From an uncultured Actinomycetes bacterium (GTDB taxonomy: Bacteria > Actinomycetota > Acidimicrobiia > IMCC26256 > DASPTH01), in the NCBI GenBank assembly GCA_963819475.1, contig CAWFWE010000009.1, forward strand, positions 16,104 through 80,103: DNA of 64,000 nucleotides. The letters are read 5' to 3'. Below are positions 8,790 to 17,721 of this stretch, piece by piece (the first letter of the stretch is position 1; the number at the start of each line of letters is the position of its first letter). The notes under the pieces are model-generated. The model searched no databases, was not told where the DNA came from, and saw only the letters and a list, made by a program, of their open reading frames with translations. Both the position numbers and the translations under genes were made by a program.

Positions 8790-10029
8790 CCGCCGAGTGT
8801 AGGGAGTAGGCCCCGGTGGTTGTGAACATTCCGCGGCGCCAGCGGTCGGGCGTCAGCACCAGGGCGCGGGGGTAGGCCTCGAACATCCAGCGGGCGAAGT
8901 TGCGGCGGGTCCACGGCGTGAGCGACGCGGCCAGGATCGCACCCCGCGCCCCGAGGGGGATGCGCAGGATGTGCTGCAGCAGCGCCGCGAACCGGAGGTC
9001 CCGCCCGAGGGCGCGGTCGACGTCGGCGCGGTAGCGGCGCGTCGCGGCAGGGGGGTCGAGCGGTGACGCGACGATGGCACGCGCCGCGAGCGCCCCGGTC
9101 TCGAGCGCCTGCGCGATCCCCTCGCCGGTCATCGGGTCGACGACGTCGGCGGCGTCGCCGACGAACAGCGCGCGCCCGTGCGTGAGCCGCCCGCCGTCGT
9201 ACGCGGCAGGGATGGGCCAGGCCCGCACGGTGCCCTCGGGCTGCGCGTCGGGCCCGAGCGCGCGGCGCAGATGCGGTCGGTCGGCGAGCGTGCGCCACTG
9301 CGCGGCGAGCGCCTTCCCGCTCGGCGCGTCGGCGTGCCGGTCCCGGAGGACGCCGAAGCCGACGTTGGCGCGGCCGTCGCCGACGGGGAACACCCACGCG
9401 TAGCCGGGGAGGAAGTCCTCCTCGAACAGGACCCAGAGGCGGCGGTCGTCGACGCCGGTGAAGTACTGGCGGAACGCGTGCCAGCTGGTTCGACGAGCAG
9501 GTCCAACGTCGGTGCGGTCGTCGTCCGCGCCGTCGAGCAGCTTGCGCGTGGGGGAGTAGTGCCCGTCGGCCGCGATGAGCAACCGCGCCGTCACGACGCT
9601 GCCGTCGGCGAGTGTCGCGCGGTAGTCGCGACCGTCGTCCTCGAGCGCGGTGACCGCGGCGTGCTCGCGCAGTTCGACGCCCTGCGCGCGGGCGTGGTCG
9701 ACGAGCGCGGCGTCGAGCTCGACGCGCGGCACGACGCCCGCGTACGCGCCGTCGACGGGAAGGGGCACGACCACCTCGCGGCCCGTGGGCGACACGAGCA
9801 CGGTCTCGGTGATCGGTGCGTACGACGGCAGGGTCCGGACGTCGACGCCCAGGGCGTCGAGCAGACGCAGGGCTCCGGTGGTGAGGCCGTCGCCGCAGGT
9901 CTTGTCGCGGGGGAAACCGGCCTTGTCGACCACCAGCACGTGGAGGCCCAGGCGCCGGGCCTCGATGCCGGCGGCGACCCCGGCGGGGCCCGCCCCCACG
10001 ACCAGGACGTCGAGCGCGTTTCCGAGCAA
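8776..10029 (-). CDS. geranylgeranyl-reductase-family FAD-dependent oxidoreductase
   Basis: 417 aa with a TTG start. DVLVVGAGPAGVAAG is the dinucleotide-binding motif; also CGDGLT and FVGDAA. Confidence 0.85.
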   Translation of the reverse strand: MLGNALDVLVVGAGPAGVAAGIEARRLGLHVLVVDKAGFPRDKTCGDGLTTGALRLLDALGVDVRTLPSYAPITETVLVSPTGREVVVPLPVDGAYAGVVPRVELDAALVDHARAQGVELREHAAVTALEDDGRDYRATLADGSVVTARLLIAADGHYSPTRKLLDGADDDRTDVGPARRTSWHAFRQYFTGVDDRRLWVLFEEDFLPGYAWVFPVGDGRANVGFGVLRDRHADAPSGKALAAQWRTLADRPHLRRALGPDAQPEGTVRAWPIPAAYDGGRLTHGRALFVGDAADVVDPMTGEGIAQALETGALAARAIVASPLDPPAATRRYRADVDRALGRDLRFAALLQHILRIPLGARGAILAASLTPWTRRNFARWMFEAYPRALVLTPDRWRRGMFTTTGAYSLHSADGRH

Positions 10030-10135
10030 GCCTCGACGGTACCCACGTTTCGCCCTGGCGTCCCGATCGCGGCAAGAATCGGGTCATCAGGCGGCGCGAC
10101 CGGTTCGTCGGCGCGCCCGGACGCGGAGAGACCGA

Positions 10136-10915
10136 ATGAACATCGCAGTCTGCGTGAAGCAGATCCCGGACCCGGCGGTGCCCGGGAAGCTCGAGGCGGA
10201 CCACACGCTCGAGCGTGCGGGCAAGCTCATCCTCGACGACTCCGACGCGTACGGCGTCGAGATGTCGCTGCAGCTGGCGGAGAAGGCCGGCGGCGGCGAG
10301 GTGGTGCTGATCTCGATGGCGCCCAACGGCGAGGTGTCGGGTCTGCGCACCGCGTTGGCCATGGGCGCGGCACGCGCGGTGCTCGTGTCCGACGACGCGC
10401 TCGCCGGTTCCGACGCTCTGTCGACCGCCAAGGTGCTCGCCAAGGCGATCGAGCGCGCCGGCGACATCGACCTCGTGGTCACCGCGACCGAGTCGACCGA
10501 CGGGTACACGGGCACCATCCCGGCACAGGTCGCCGAGCTGCTCGGCTGGCCGTCCCTGACCTTCGCCAAGCACGTCGAGATCGGCGACGGCAAGGTCAGC
10601 ATCCAGCGCCAGACCGAGGCCGGCTTCGACGAGGTCGAGGCGTCGTTGCCCGCGGTCGTGAGCGTGACCGCCGGAGTGGTCGAGCCCCGCTACCCGTCGT
10701 TCAAGGGGATCATGGCGGCGAAGAACAAGCCGGTCGACCAGGTCACCGCCGGCGACCTCGGCCTGGCTGCCGACCAGGTCGGTTGGGCCGGGGCCCGGCA
10801 GAAGATCGTGAACGTCGGCGCCGCCCCCGAGCGCGAGGCGGGCGAGAAGATCGAGGACGACGGCGAGGCGTTCCAGCGCATCGTGCAGTTCCTCGAGCAG
10901 CTCAAGGTCGTCTGA
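10136..10915 (+). CDS. etfB: electron transfer flavoprotein beta subunit
   Basis: ATG 10136 inside ORF 9650..10915. MNIAVCVKQIPD...DSDAYGVEMSLQL...TGTIPAQVAELLGWPSLTF are canonical EtfB motifs. Confidence 0.92.
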   Translation: MNIAVCVKQIPDPAVPGKLEADHTLERAGKLILDDSDAYGVEMSLQLAEKAGGGEVVLISMAPNGEVSGLRTALAMGAARAVLVSDDALAGSDALSTAKVLAKAIERAGDIDLVVTATESTDGYTGTIPAQVAELLGWPSLTFAKHVEIGDGKVSIQRQTEAGFDEVEASLPAVVSVTAGVVEPRYPSFKGIMAAKNKPVDQVTAGDLGLAADQVGWAGARQKIVNVGAAPEREAGEKIEDDGEAFQRIVQFLEQLKVV

Positions 10916-11046
10916 GGAGAAGAAGCGGAGCCGTGCTCGGAGAGCGGGACGGCGCAGCGGATTCGACCATTTTCAAGAGGAGAAGAAGCGAAGCCGTGCT
11001 CGGAGAGCGGGACGGCGCAGCGGATTCGACCATCGTCTGAGGAGAA
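10914..11046. repeat. 63-bp tandem repeat (2 full units plus an 8-nt third start) filling the etfB-etfA spacer
   Basis: The 57-nt cores 10914-10970 and 10977-11033 differ at 1 position. Each starts with the RBS-like GAGGAGAA and contains the small hairpin CCGTGCTCGGAGAGCGGGACGG. The 14-mer TCGTCTGAGGAGAA occurs at 10908-10921 and 11033-11046. Confidence 0.9.
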
Positions 11047-11048
11047 TC

Positions 11049-12014
11049 ATGCCGGTTTCCAAGATCTGGGTCTTCGCCGAGGCCGACGGCGACAAGCCGA
11101 GCAGCGCGACGCTCGAGATCCTCACCAAGGCCCGTGAGCTCGCCGACACCGTCGAGGCGGTGTTCGTGGGTGGCAACGCCGACGCGCTCGCGGCCGGGCT
11201 CGGTGAGCACGGCGCCACCAAGGTGTTCGCGGTCGACCCCGGCGACGCGCTGCCCGGCCCGATCGGTGCCGCGGCGATCGCCGACCTCGCCGGTGAGCAC
11301 TCGCCGAGCGCGATCCTCTTCGCCCAGAGCTACGACGGGCGCGACGCGCTGGCCCGGCTCTCGGTGAAGCTCGACCGGCCGGTGCTCACCAACGGCACCG
11401 ACCTCAAGGCCGACGGCGACAAGATCATCGTCGGGACCGCCATCTTCGGAGGCGTCACGCTGGTCGACACCGAGTTCGAGGGCGACGGCCCGTTCCTCGC
11501 CGCCATCCGGCCGAAGTCGTTCGCGGCGGAGCCGAGCGGCGGCGGCGCGGCCGAGGTGGTCGCGGTGGCCACCCCCGACGCCGGCCGGGCCGGCGAGGCC
11601 AAGGTGCTCGAGCGCCACGTCGAGGAGCGCGAGGGCCCGAAGCTCGAGGAGGCCACCGTGGTGGTGTCGGGTGGCCGGGGCATCGGCAGCGCCGAGGCCT
11701 ACGAGCCGCTCGTCGACGAGCTGGCCAAGCTGCTCCACGGCGCGTCGGGAGCGTCCCGCGCGATCGTCGACGCCGGCTGGGTGCCCTACTCGAAGCAGGT
11801 GGGGCAGACCGGCAAGGTCGTGAAGCCGAAGCTCTACATCGCGCTCGGCATCTCCGGCGCCACCCAGCACATGGTGGGCATGAAGGGCTCCGACAACATC
11901 GTCTGCGTCAACAAGGACGGCGAGGCGCCGATCTTCGGCATCGCCGACCTCGGCGTCGTGGGTGACGTGCACAAGGTCGTGCCGAAGCTCATCGAGGCGC
12001 TCAAGGCGCGGTGA
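11049..12014 (+). CDS. etfA: electron transfer flavoprotein alpha subunit
   Basis: 321 aa. The C-terminal FAD-binding region is SGGRGIGS...[34 protein letters not shown]. Confidence 0.92.
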   Translation: MPVSKIWVFAEADGDKPSSATLEILTKARELADTVEAVFVGGNADALAAGLGEHGATKVFAVDPGDALPGPIGAAAIADLAGEHSPSAILFAQSYDGRDALARLSVKLDRPVLTNGTDLKADGDKIIVGTAIFGGVTLVDTEFEGDGPFLAAIRPKSFAAEPSGGGAAEVVAVATPDAGRAGEAKVLERHVEEREGPKLEEATVVVSGGRGIGSAEAYEPLVDELAKLLHGASGASRAIVDAGWVPYSKQVGQTGKVVKPKLYIALGISGATQHMVGMKGSDNIVCVNKDGEAPIFGIADLGVVGDVHKVVPKLIEALKAR

Positions 12015-12570
12015 CCCGCTCGCGCATCCCCTGGAGGTAGTGGTCGGTGGCGCGGGCCTGGATCCGGCGCGGGATCGGGCCGCCGAGCCGGGTGAGCAGG
12101 TCGTGCGCCCGGGAGAACACGACGACCTCGAACCGCACCGCGCCCTGTCCGTCGCGGGTCACCAGGAAGCGCTCCTCACCCTCCTCCGGGTGCGCCGGCA
12201 ACGTGCCGTAGGCGAAGCCGAAGCGGTCGGGTTCGTCGACGACCCGCACGATCCGGCAGGCCGCCAGCACGTGCAGCGGCCCGAGAGAGGTGATGACGGC
12301 GACCGTGGTGCCCTCCGTGATCGGCGCCGTCGGCGGTGCGATCGAGATGCCGGCGGCGGCGTGGGCGGCCCATTCGCGGATCCCGGCGCGGGCACGGTCC
12401 CACACCGGTTCGCCGGTGCCGAGGTCGGTGGCGACGCGGGTGTGGTGGTACCCCGCGGGCAGCGCGTCGGCGAAGGTGGCCCCGACCTCGGTGTAGGTCA
12501 GCGGCGCGGTGCGCTGCCGGGCGAGGAAATGCGAGAGGTGTTCGGCGTCGGGCTTCCGCAGCGTGAACAC
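12001..12570 (-). CDS. DUF1990-family protein
   Basis: 189 aa. LTYTEVGAT...GYHH...[19 protein letters not shown] is the conserved pattern of DUF1990/UPF0548. Confidence 0.75.
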   Translation of the reverse strand: MFTLRKPDAEHLSHFLARQRTAPLTYTEVGATFADALPAGYHHTRVATDLGTGEPVWDRARAGIREWAAHAAAGISIAPPTAPITEGTTVAVITSLGPLHVLAACRIVRVVDEPDRFGFAYGTLPAHPEEGEERFLVTRDGQGAVRFEVVVFSRAHDLLTRLGGPIPRRIQARATDHYLQGMRERVTAP

Positions 12571-12584
12571 GGGACAATGGTGCC

Positions 12585-13166
12585 ATGGCGGAGCAGGTTC
12601 CCGACCTCCCGGTGATGGAGCTCGCCTCGGTGAAGGCGTGGGACGCGTGGTTGGCGAAGCACCACGCGTCGTCGCCCGGCGTCTGGCTGAAGATCGCGAA
12701 GAAGGGGACGGGGGTCGCCACCGTCACGATGCCGGAGGTGATCGAGACCGCGCTGTGCTGGGGGTGGATCGACGGCCTGCGGCACAAGCACGACGACGTG
12801 TACTTCCGGCAGCGCATGACCCCGAGGAAGCGGGGCAGCCGCTGGTCGCGCATCAACCGCGACAAGGCCGAGGCGCTGATCGCGGCCGGGCGCATGCAGC
12901 CGGCCGGGCACCGGGAGGTCGAGGCGGCGCGAGCCGACGGGCGGTGGGACGCCGCCTACTCCGGCTCGAGCACCATGACCGTGCCCGACGACCTCACGCG
13001 TGCGCTGCGCCGCAACTCCGCCGCCCGGCGCGCGTTCGAGCAGCTTGACAGCCGGAACCGTTACGCGATCCTCTACCGGATCCAGGACGCCAAGCGGGCG
13101 GAGACGCGCGCACGGCGCATCGAGCAATTCGTGACCATGCTCGCGGAGGGCCGCACCATCTACTGA
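12585..13166 (+). CDS. YdeI/OmpD-associated family protein
   Basis: 193 aa. WLKIAKKGTG...EALCWGWIDG...R.RRIEQFV..L is the family pattern. Confidence 0.75.
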   Translation: MAEQVPDLPVMELASVKAWDAWLAKHHASSPGVWLKIAKKGTGVATVTMPEVIETALCWGWIDGLRHKHDDVYFRQRMTPRKRGSRWSRINRDKAEALIAAGRMQPAGHREVEAARADGRWDAAYSGSSTMTVPDDLTRALRRNSAARRAFEQLDSRNRYAILYRIQDAKRAETRARRIEQFVTMLAEGRTIY

Positions 13167-13190
13167 GCGGCCGGCGACGGGAGAATCAGC

Positions 13191-14069
13191 ATGAGCGACA
13201 ACCTGCAGTGGAAGGTGGGCGACCTCACCGTCACCCGGGTGGTCGAGAGCGTGGCGCACATCCCGCCCGCCGGGCTCCTGCCCGACGCGACCCCCGAGGT
13301 GGTCGCGTCGCACTCGTCGTGGCTCCGGCCCGACTTCGTCGACGACGACGGCAACCTCGTGCTGTCGATCCACGCCTTCGGCATCACCGCGGGCGAACGG
13401 CGCATCATCATCGACACCTGCATCGGCAACGACCGGCACATCCCGGGCATGGAGGCGCTCACCCTGCAGACGCCGTTCCTCGACGACCTCGCGGCCGCGG
13501 GGTTCCCGCGTGAAGAGGTCGACACCGTGATCTGCACCCACTTGCACTTCGACCACGTGGGATGGAACACGATGCTGGTCGACGGCGAGTGGGTCCCGAC
13601 CTTTCCGAACGCCCGCTATGTGCTCTGCCGTGACGAATGGGCGCACTGGTCGACCGAGGGCAACACCGGCTACGCGGCGACGCTCGACGACGCGGTCCGA
13701 CCGGTGCTCGACGCCGGTCTCGCCGACCTCGTCCCGCCCGACCATCGCGTCACCAACGAGATCCGCCTCGAGCTCACGCCCGGCCACACCCCCGGGCACG
13801 TCGCCGTCCACCTCGAGTCGGGCGGCGAGCACGCGCTGATCACCGGCGACCTCGCGCACCACCCGGTGCAGTGGGCGGAGCCCCAGTGGTTCGCCGACCC
13901 CGACACCGACCGCGCCCAGTCGGAGGCCACCCGGCGACGCCTCCTCGAGGAGCACGCCGGTACCGACCTCCTGGTGATCGGCACCCACTTCGCACCCCCG
14001 TGCGCCGGTCGTCTCGTCGCCGACGGGAACGGATACCGCTTCGAGGCGGTTGCAGCCGGGGATGGCTGA
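13191..14069 (+). CDS. MBL-fold metallo-hydrolase
   Basis: 292 aa with the HxHxDH motif ([10 protein letters not shown]) and downstream His and Asp ligands. Confidence 0.85.
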   Translation: MSDNLQWKVGDLTVTRVVESVAHIPPAGLLPDATPEVVASHSSWLRPDFVDDDGNLVLSIHAFGITAGERRIIIDTCIGNDRHIPGMEALTLQTPFLDDLAAAGFPREEVDTVICTHLHFDHVGWNTMLVDGEWVPTFPNARYVLCRDEWAHWSTEGNTGYAATLDDAVRPVLDAGLADLVPPDHRVTNEIRLELTPGHTPGHVAVHLESGGEHALITGDLAHHPVQWAEPQWFADPDTDRAQSEATRRRLLEEHAGTDLLVIGTHFAPPCAGRLVADGNGYRFEAVAAGDG

Positions 14070-15118
14070 ACCGACCGACCACCCCTCCTTCCCCCTCTCC
14101 GTCCTCGATCTCGCGCCCGTCGGGCGCGGGGCCACGCCCGCCGACGCGCTGCGCAACTCCATCGAGCTGGTGCAGGAGGTCGAGCGCCTCGGCTACCGGC
14201 GGCACTGGGTCGCCGAGCACCACAACATGCCGGGGATCGCGAGCTCGTCGCCACCCGTGCTGCTCGCGCACCTCGCTTCGGTCACGTCGACCATCCGCCT
14301 CGGCTCCGGCGGTGTGATGCTGCCCAACCACGCCGCGCTCGGCGGTCGCGGAGCAGTTCGGGATGCTGGAGGCGCTCCACCCGGGCCGGATCGACCTCGG
14401 CATCGGCCGCGCCCCGGGGACCGACCCGGTGACCGCCTCCGCGCTCCGCCGTGGCCCGGGTGCGCTCGGCGCCGACGACTTCCCCGAGCAGCTCACCGAG
14501 CTCCTCGGCTACTTCTCCGGCTCCCTGCCCGCCGGTCATCCCTACGAGCACATCAATGCGGTGCCGGCGCGCGGCTACCGGCCGGCGATCTGGATGCTGG
14601 GCTCGAGCACCTACGGCGCGCAGGCGGCCGCAGTGCTCGGCATGCCGTACTCGTTCGCCTACCACTTCGCGCCGGCGATGCTCGACGACGCGCTCACGGT
14701 GTACCGCCGCGCGTTCCGGCCGTCAGCCGAGCTCGAGCTGCCGTACCTGATGCTCGGGGTGTCGGTGGTGTGCGGTGAGAGCGACGAGCACGCCCGCTGG
14801 CTCGCCGCGCCCGGTGCGCTCGCCTTCCTCCGCCTGCGCTCGGGTCGGCCCGACGTCTACCCGACGCCGGAGGAGGCGGCCGAGTACCGATTCACGCCGT
14901 TCGAGCGCCAGCAAGTGGAGCAGTGGACCTCGTCGCACGTGATCGGCGACCCCGCATCCGTGCGCCGCGAGCTCGAGCAGCTGGTGGAGCGCACCGGCGT
15001 CGACGAGCTGATGGTCACCACGATGGTCCACTCACACGCCGAGCGGGTGGAGTCGTACCGCCGCCTCGCGTCAGTGATGCGAGTCGACCCGGTCGGAGCG
15101 GCCGGTCGACCAGAGTGA
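14062..15118 (+). pseudogene. LLM-class flavin-dependent oxidoreductase (luciferase family, group 1), reading frame interrupted once
   Basis: [20 protein letters not shown]...[20 protein letters not shown]...[13 protein letters not shown] lies in ORF 14050..14778. It continues as [25 protein letters not shown]... in ORF 14363..15118. One extra base sits at about 14338-14346. The span is 1057 nt (3n+1). Confidence 0.78.
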
Positions 15119-15367
15119 CCACAGCACGAAGGTCGCGACCAGCACCGCGAGCCGGGTGCTCCCGACTCTGTGCGTCGGCTCCGGCTCCTCGATCGTGTGG
15201 ACGACGCGGAGGTTCGGCCGTGCGGGCGGCGGCTCGACGACCACGCGTGGTTCGGGCCAATGGTACGGACGGCGCGACTCCTTGACGAGGAACCACATCC
15301 ACACCGCGAACGCGGCGATGGCGCCGAGCAGCGCCACCGCGAACGGCACGGGAGTCACGGTCGCCAT
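15071..15367 (-). CDS. small two-TM membrane protein
   Basis: 98 aa. A strong AGGAGG lies 6 nt upstream of the ATG. GC3 is high, and there are two hydrophobic helices ([20 protein letters not shown] and [14 protein letters not shown]). Confidence 0.6.
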   Translation of the reverse strand: MATVTPVPFAVALLGAIAAFAVWMWFLVKESRRPYHWPEPRVVVEPPPARPNLRVVHTIEEPEPTHRVGSTRLAVLVATFVLWSLWSTGRSDRVDSHH

Positions 15368-15418
15368 CGTTGCGCCTCCTACCCCGAGTGGCGACGCGTC
15401 GAAACGCCGGACCCGGCG

Positions 15419-15829
15419 TCAGCGTCGCGCGGTGGACACGTCATCATCGAGGAACGTCTTCACGAGATCGCCGATGCTCACCAACCCGCAGAGGCGGCCG
15501 TGCTCGACGACCGGTAGGTGCCGGAGCCGCAGCGACGTGAGCTGCGCCAGCACCCGATCGATCGGGTCGTGGGCCTCGCAGGTGAGCACGGGATGGGTCA
15601 TGATCGAGCGCACCGGTGCGTCGACGACCGCGCTGCCCTGCGCGGTGAGCCCGTAGACGACGTCGCGCTCGGTCACCAGCCCCTCGACGTGCACGCCGTC
15701 GCGCGACACCACGAAGGCGCCGACGCGGGCGAGCGCCATGCGCTCGGCGACGCGCGCCACGGGCGTGTCGGCCGTGACGGTGAGGACCTGGTCGCCCTTG
15801 CGCTCGAGGATGTCGGCGATCCGGATCAT
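15419..15829 (-). CDS. CBS-pair domain protein
   Basis: ATG 15829 inside ORF 15419..16195. The 136-aa product has two CBS motifs (VARVGAFVVS..., LRHLPVVEHGRLCGLVSIGDLV). Confidence 0.85.
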   Translation of the reverse strand: MIRIADILERKGDQVLTVTADTPVARVAERMALARVGAFVVSRDGVHVEGLVTERDVVYGLTAQGSAVVDAPVRSIMTHPVLTCEAHDPIDRVLAQLTSLRLRHLPVVEHGRLCGLVSIGDLVKTFLDDDVSTARR

Positions 15830-16281
15830 CGGGTGGCCTCCTGCAGCTCCCGCCTCCCCTCGGGCCGCATGTCGCCGAACGGGGTGATCACATGGCGGAC
15901 CGGAAGCGCCACCCGGCGTTCCAGCCGACGGGGGAGGTCCTGGTGGATCCACCGGGAGAGCCCGGGCGGGAGCGTCGACACGATCACCTCGTCGAACTCC
16001 GCGTTCAGGAGCGAGTCGGTGACCGCGTCGAGCGGGTTGGCGTCGCCCACGTGCCCGGTCGCACCGATCCCGTGCTCGGCCAGGTGGGCGATGGCCTCGT
16101 CGAGCCGCTCGCGCGCGACGGAGTGCGCCTCGCCCTCGGTCCAGAACGCATGGACATGCGGGTTCGCGGCCGGAACGACGAGATGGAACTCGCACGGCCC
16201 CGATGCGCTCAGCGTGGTCAGTTCGCGCAGTAGCCGCGCGCTGCGTAGCGTCTGGTTCCCCACGACGAGATAACGGCGCAT
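15826..16281 (-). CDS. hypothetical protein, USP/adenine-nucleotide-alpha-hydrolase-like
   Basis: 151 aa. It overlaps the CBS gene start by 4 nt (ATGA). The pattern is YLVVGNQTL...FHLVVPA...GHVGDANPLDAV...FDEVIVSTLP. Confidence 0.6.
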   Translation of the reverse strand: MRRYLVVGNQTLRSARLLRELTTLSASGPCEFHLVVPAANPHVHAFWTEGEAHSVARERLDEAIAHLAEHGIGATGHVGDANPLDAVTDSLLNAEFDEVIVSTLPPGLSRWIHQDLPRRLERRVALPVRHVITPFGDMRPEGRRELQEATR

Positions 16282-16383
16282 GGATCCTCCCGGGTGGACC
16301 GCCGGGTGCTCTCGCCGGAGCGTACGCCGCGCGGTCCCGAAAGGAAACCGTGAATTCCGTGCCGGCTGTCCGAGAGATCCGGG

Positions 16384-16896
16384 TCAGGAGAACTCGACGT
16401 TCGTGACCTGGATGGGCAGCCCGCCGGTGAGCGTCCGGACCTGCATCTGGAGCGTCGCGCCGTTCTGGCCGTTCCAGGTGCAGTAGAGCGAGCCGGCCGC
16501 CGGCCCGCAGCTGGCGAAGGTGTACGGGCCCTGCGCCGGGTAGGGGCGGGCGAAGATCTCGTTCACCGCGTCGGCGCTGGCCACGTTGGCCGCGTCGGTG
16601 CGGTTGTCGTTCTGCCAGGCCGCGAACAGGTACTCGGCGTAGGTCTGCGGGTCGTCCGTGATCTCGGGCAGGGGGACGGTCGTCGTGGTCACCGGCTCGG
16701 TCGTGGTGGTCGTGGTGGTGGTGGTGGTGCTCGTCGTCGTGGTGGTCGACGTGGTGGTCGTCGTCGCCGCCTCGTCGGAGTCGTCGTCGCGCGTCACGAG
16801 CACCACGACCAGCGCGATCGCCAGCACCACTACGAGCCCGCCGAGCGCCCAGAGCCAGGCCCGCGTGCGCCCACCGTGACCCTGCGCGTCAGCCAT
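16384..16896 (-). CDS. membrane-anchored secreted protein with poly-Thr linker
   Basis: 170 aa. An N-terminal TM helix (WLWALGGLVVVLAIALVVVLV) is followed by a Thr/Ser-rich run of about 30 aa and a roughly 95-aa globular domain with 2 Cys. Confidence 0.7.
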   Translation of the reverse strand: MADAQGHGGRTRAWLWALGGLVVVLAIALVVVLVTRDDDSDEAATTTTTSTTTTTSTTTTTTTTTTEPVTTTTVPLPEITDDPQTYAEYLFAAWQNDNRTDAANVASADAVNEIFARPYPAQGPYTFASCGPAAGSLYCTWNGQNGATLQMQVRTLTGGLPIQVTNVEFS

Positions 16897-17707
16897 CGCT
16901 GATTCCTTCCGCTCCTGGCGCCTGTCTCTCGTCGAAGTCCACGATCACGGGGGCATGATCGGACGGTTGCTTGCCCTTGCGGGCGTTGCGGTCGACCACC
17001 GCCCAGCGGGTGCGGTCGGCGAGCGGCTCGGTCGCGAGCACGAGGTCGATGCGCATGCCGCGGTGCTCGTGGAAGTCGCCCCGGCGGTAGTCCCAGTAGC
17101 TGAACAGGCGGTCGTCGTCGGGGTACTGACGGCGGAAGACATCGACCATGCCCCACCCGCAGAGGCGCGCCACCGCCGCCCGCTCGGGCTCGGTGACGTG
17201 GGTCGACCCGACGAACGCCTTCGGCGACCACACGTCGCGGTCTTCGGGCGCGACGTTGAAGTCGCCGAGCACCACCAGGTCGTCGCCCGGCGCGCTGGTC
17301 GCGGCGACCCAGTCGTGCAGCGCCTGCAACCAGTCGAGCTTGCGGTCGTAGAACTCGGTGCCCACCTCTCGCCCGTTGGGCACGTAGACGGTCACCACCC
17401 GTACGCCACCGCAGGTGGCGGCGATGACCCGGGCGTCGCCCTCGTACGGATCGACGTGGTCCTCGTCGAACCCGGTGGTGACGTCGGCGATGCCGACGCG
17501 GGAGAGGATGGCGACCCCGTTCCACTGCCCCTGCCCGTGGTGCACCGACTCGTACCCGAGCGCCGAGTAGGCGAGATGCGGGAACGCATCGTCGGAGAGC
17601 TTCGTCTCCTGGAGGCACACGACGTCGGGGCGGGCGTAGGCCAGCCACTCCTCGACCCGCTCCTGGCGGGCCTTGAGCGAGTTGACGTTCCAGGTGGCGA
17701 TGCGCAC
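16889..17707 (-). CDS. xthA: exodeoxyribonuclease III
   Basis: 272 aa. MRIATWNVNSLKAR...CLQETK...GDFNVAP...SDHAPV are canonical EEP/ExoIII motifs. Confidence 0.92.
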   Translation of the reverse strand: MRIATWNVNSLKARQERVEEWLAYARPDVVCLQETKLSDDAFPHLAYSALGYESVHHGQGQWNGVAILSRVGIADVTTGFDEDHVDPYEGDARVIAATCGGVRVVTVYVPNGREVGTEFYDRKLDWLQALHDWVAATSAPGDDLVVLGDFNVAPEDRDVWSPKAFVGSTHVTEPERAAVARLCGWGMVDVFRRQYPDDDRLFSYWDYRRGDFHEHRGMRIDLVLATEPLADRTRWAVVDRNARKGKQPSDHAPVIVDFDERQAPGAEGISDG

Positions 17708-17721
17708 CCGGGGGACGTTAG

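Noticed and set aside
10914-11048. The etfB-etfA repeat as a CRISPR array, a tRNA-like element or an N-terminal extension of EtfA
   Set aside because: There are only two units and no spacers between them, so it is not CRISPR. The GGATTCGA segment lacks the complementary T-arm and acceptor stems of a tRNA or tmRNA. The region is open in the etfA frame but has no ATG, GTG or TTG start.
16690-16780. GTG/GTC-rich nucleotide repeat as a satellite or variable-number repeat
   Set aside because: It is the antisense of ACC/ACG codons encoding the poly-Thr linker of a well-supported CDS. The units are imperfect, so this is coding low complexity rather than a DNA-level tandem repeat. Length polymorphism is still possible.
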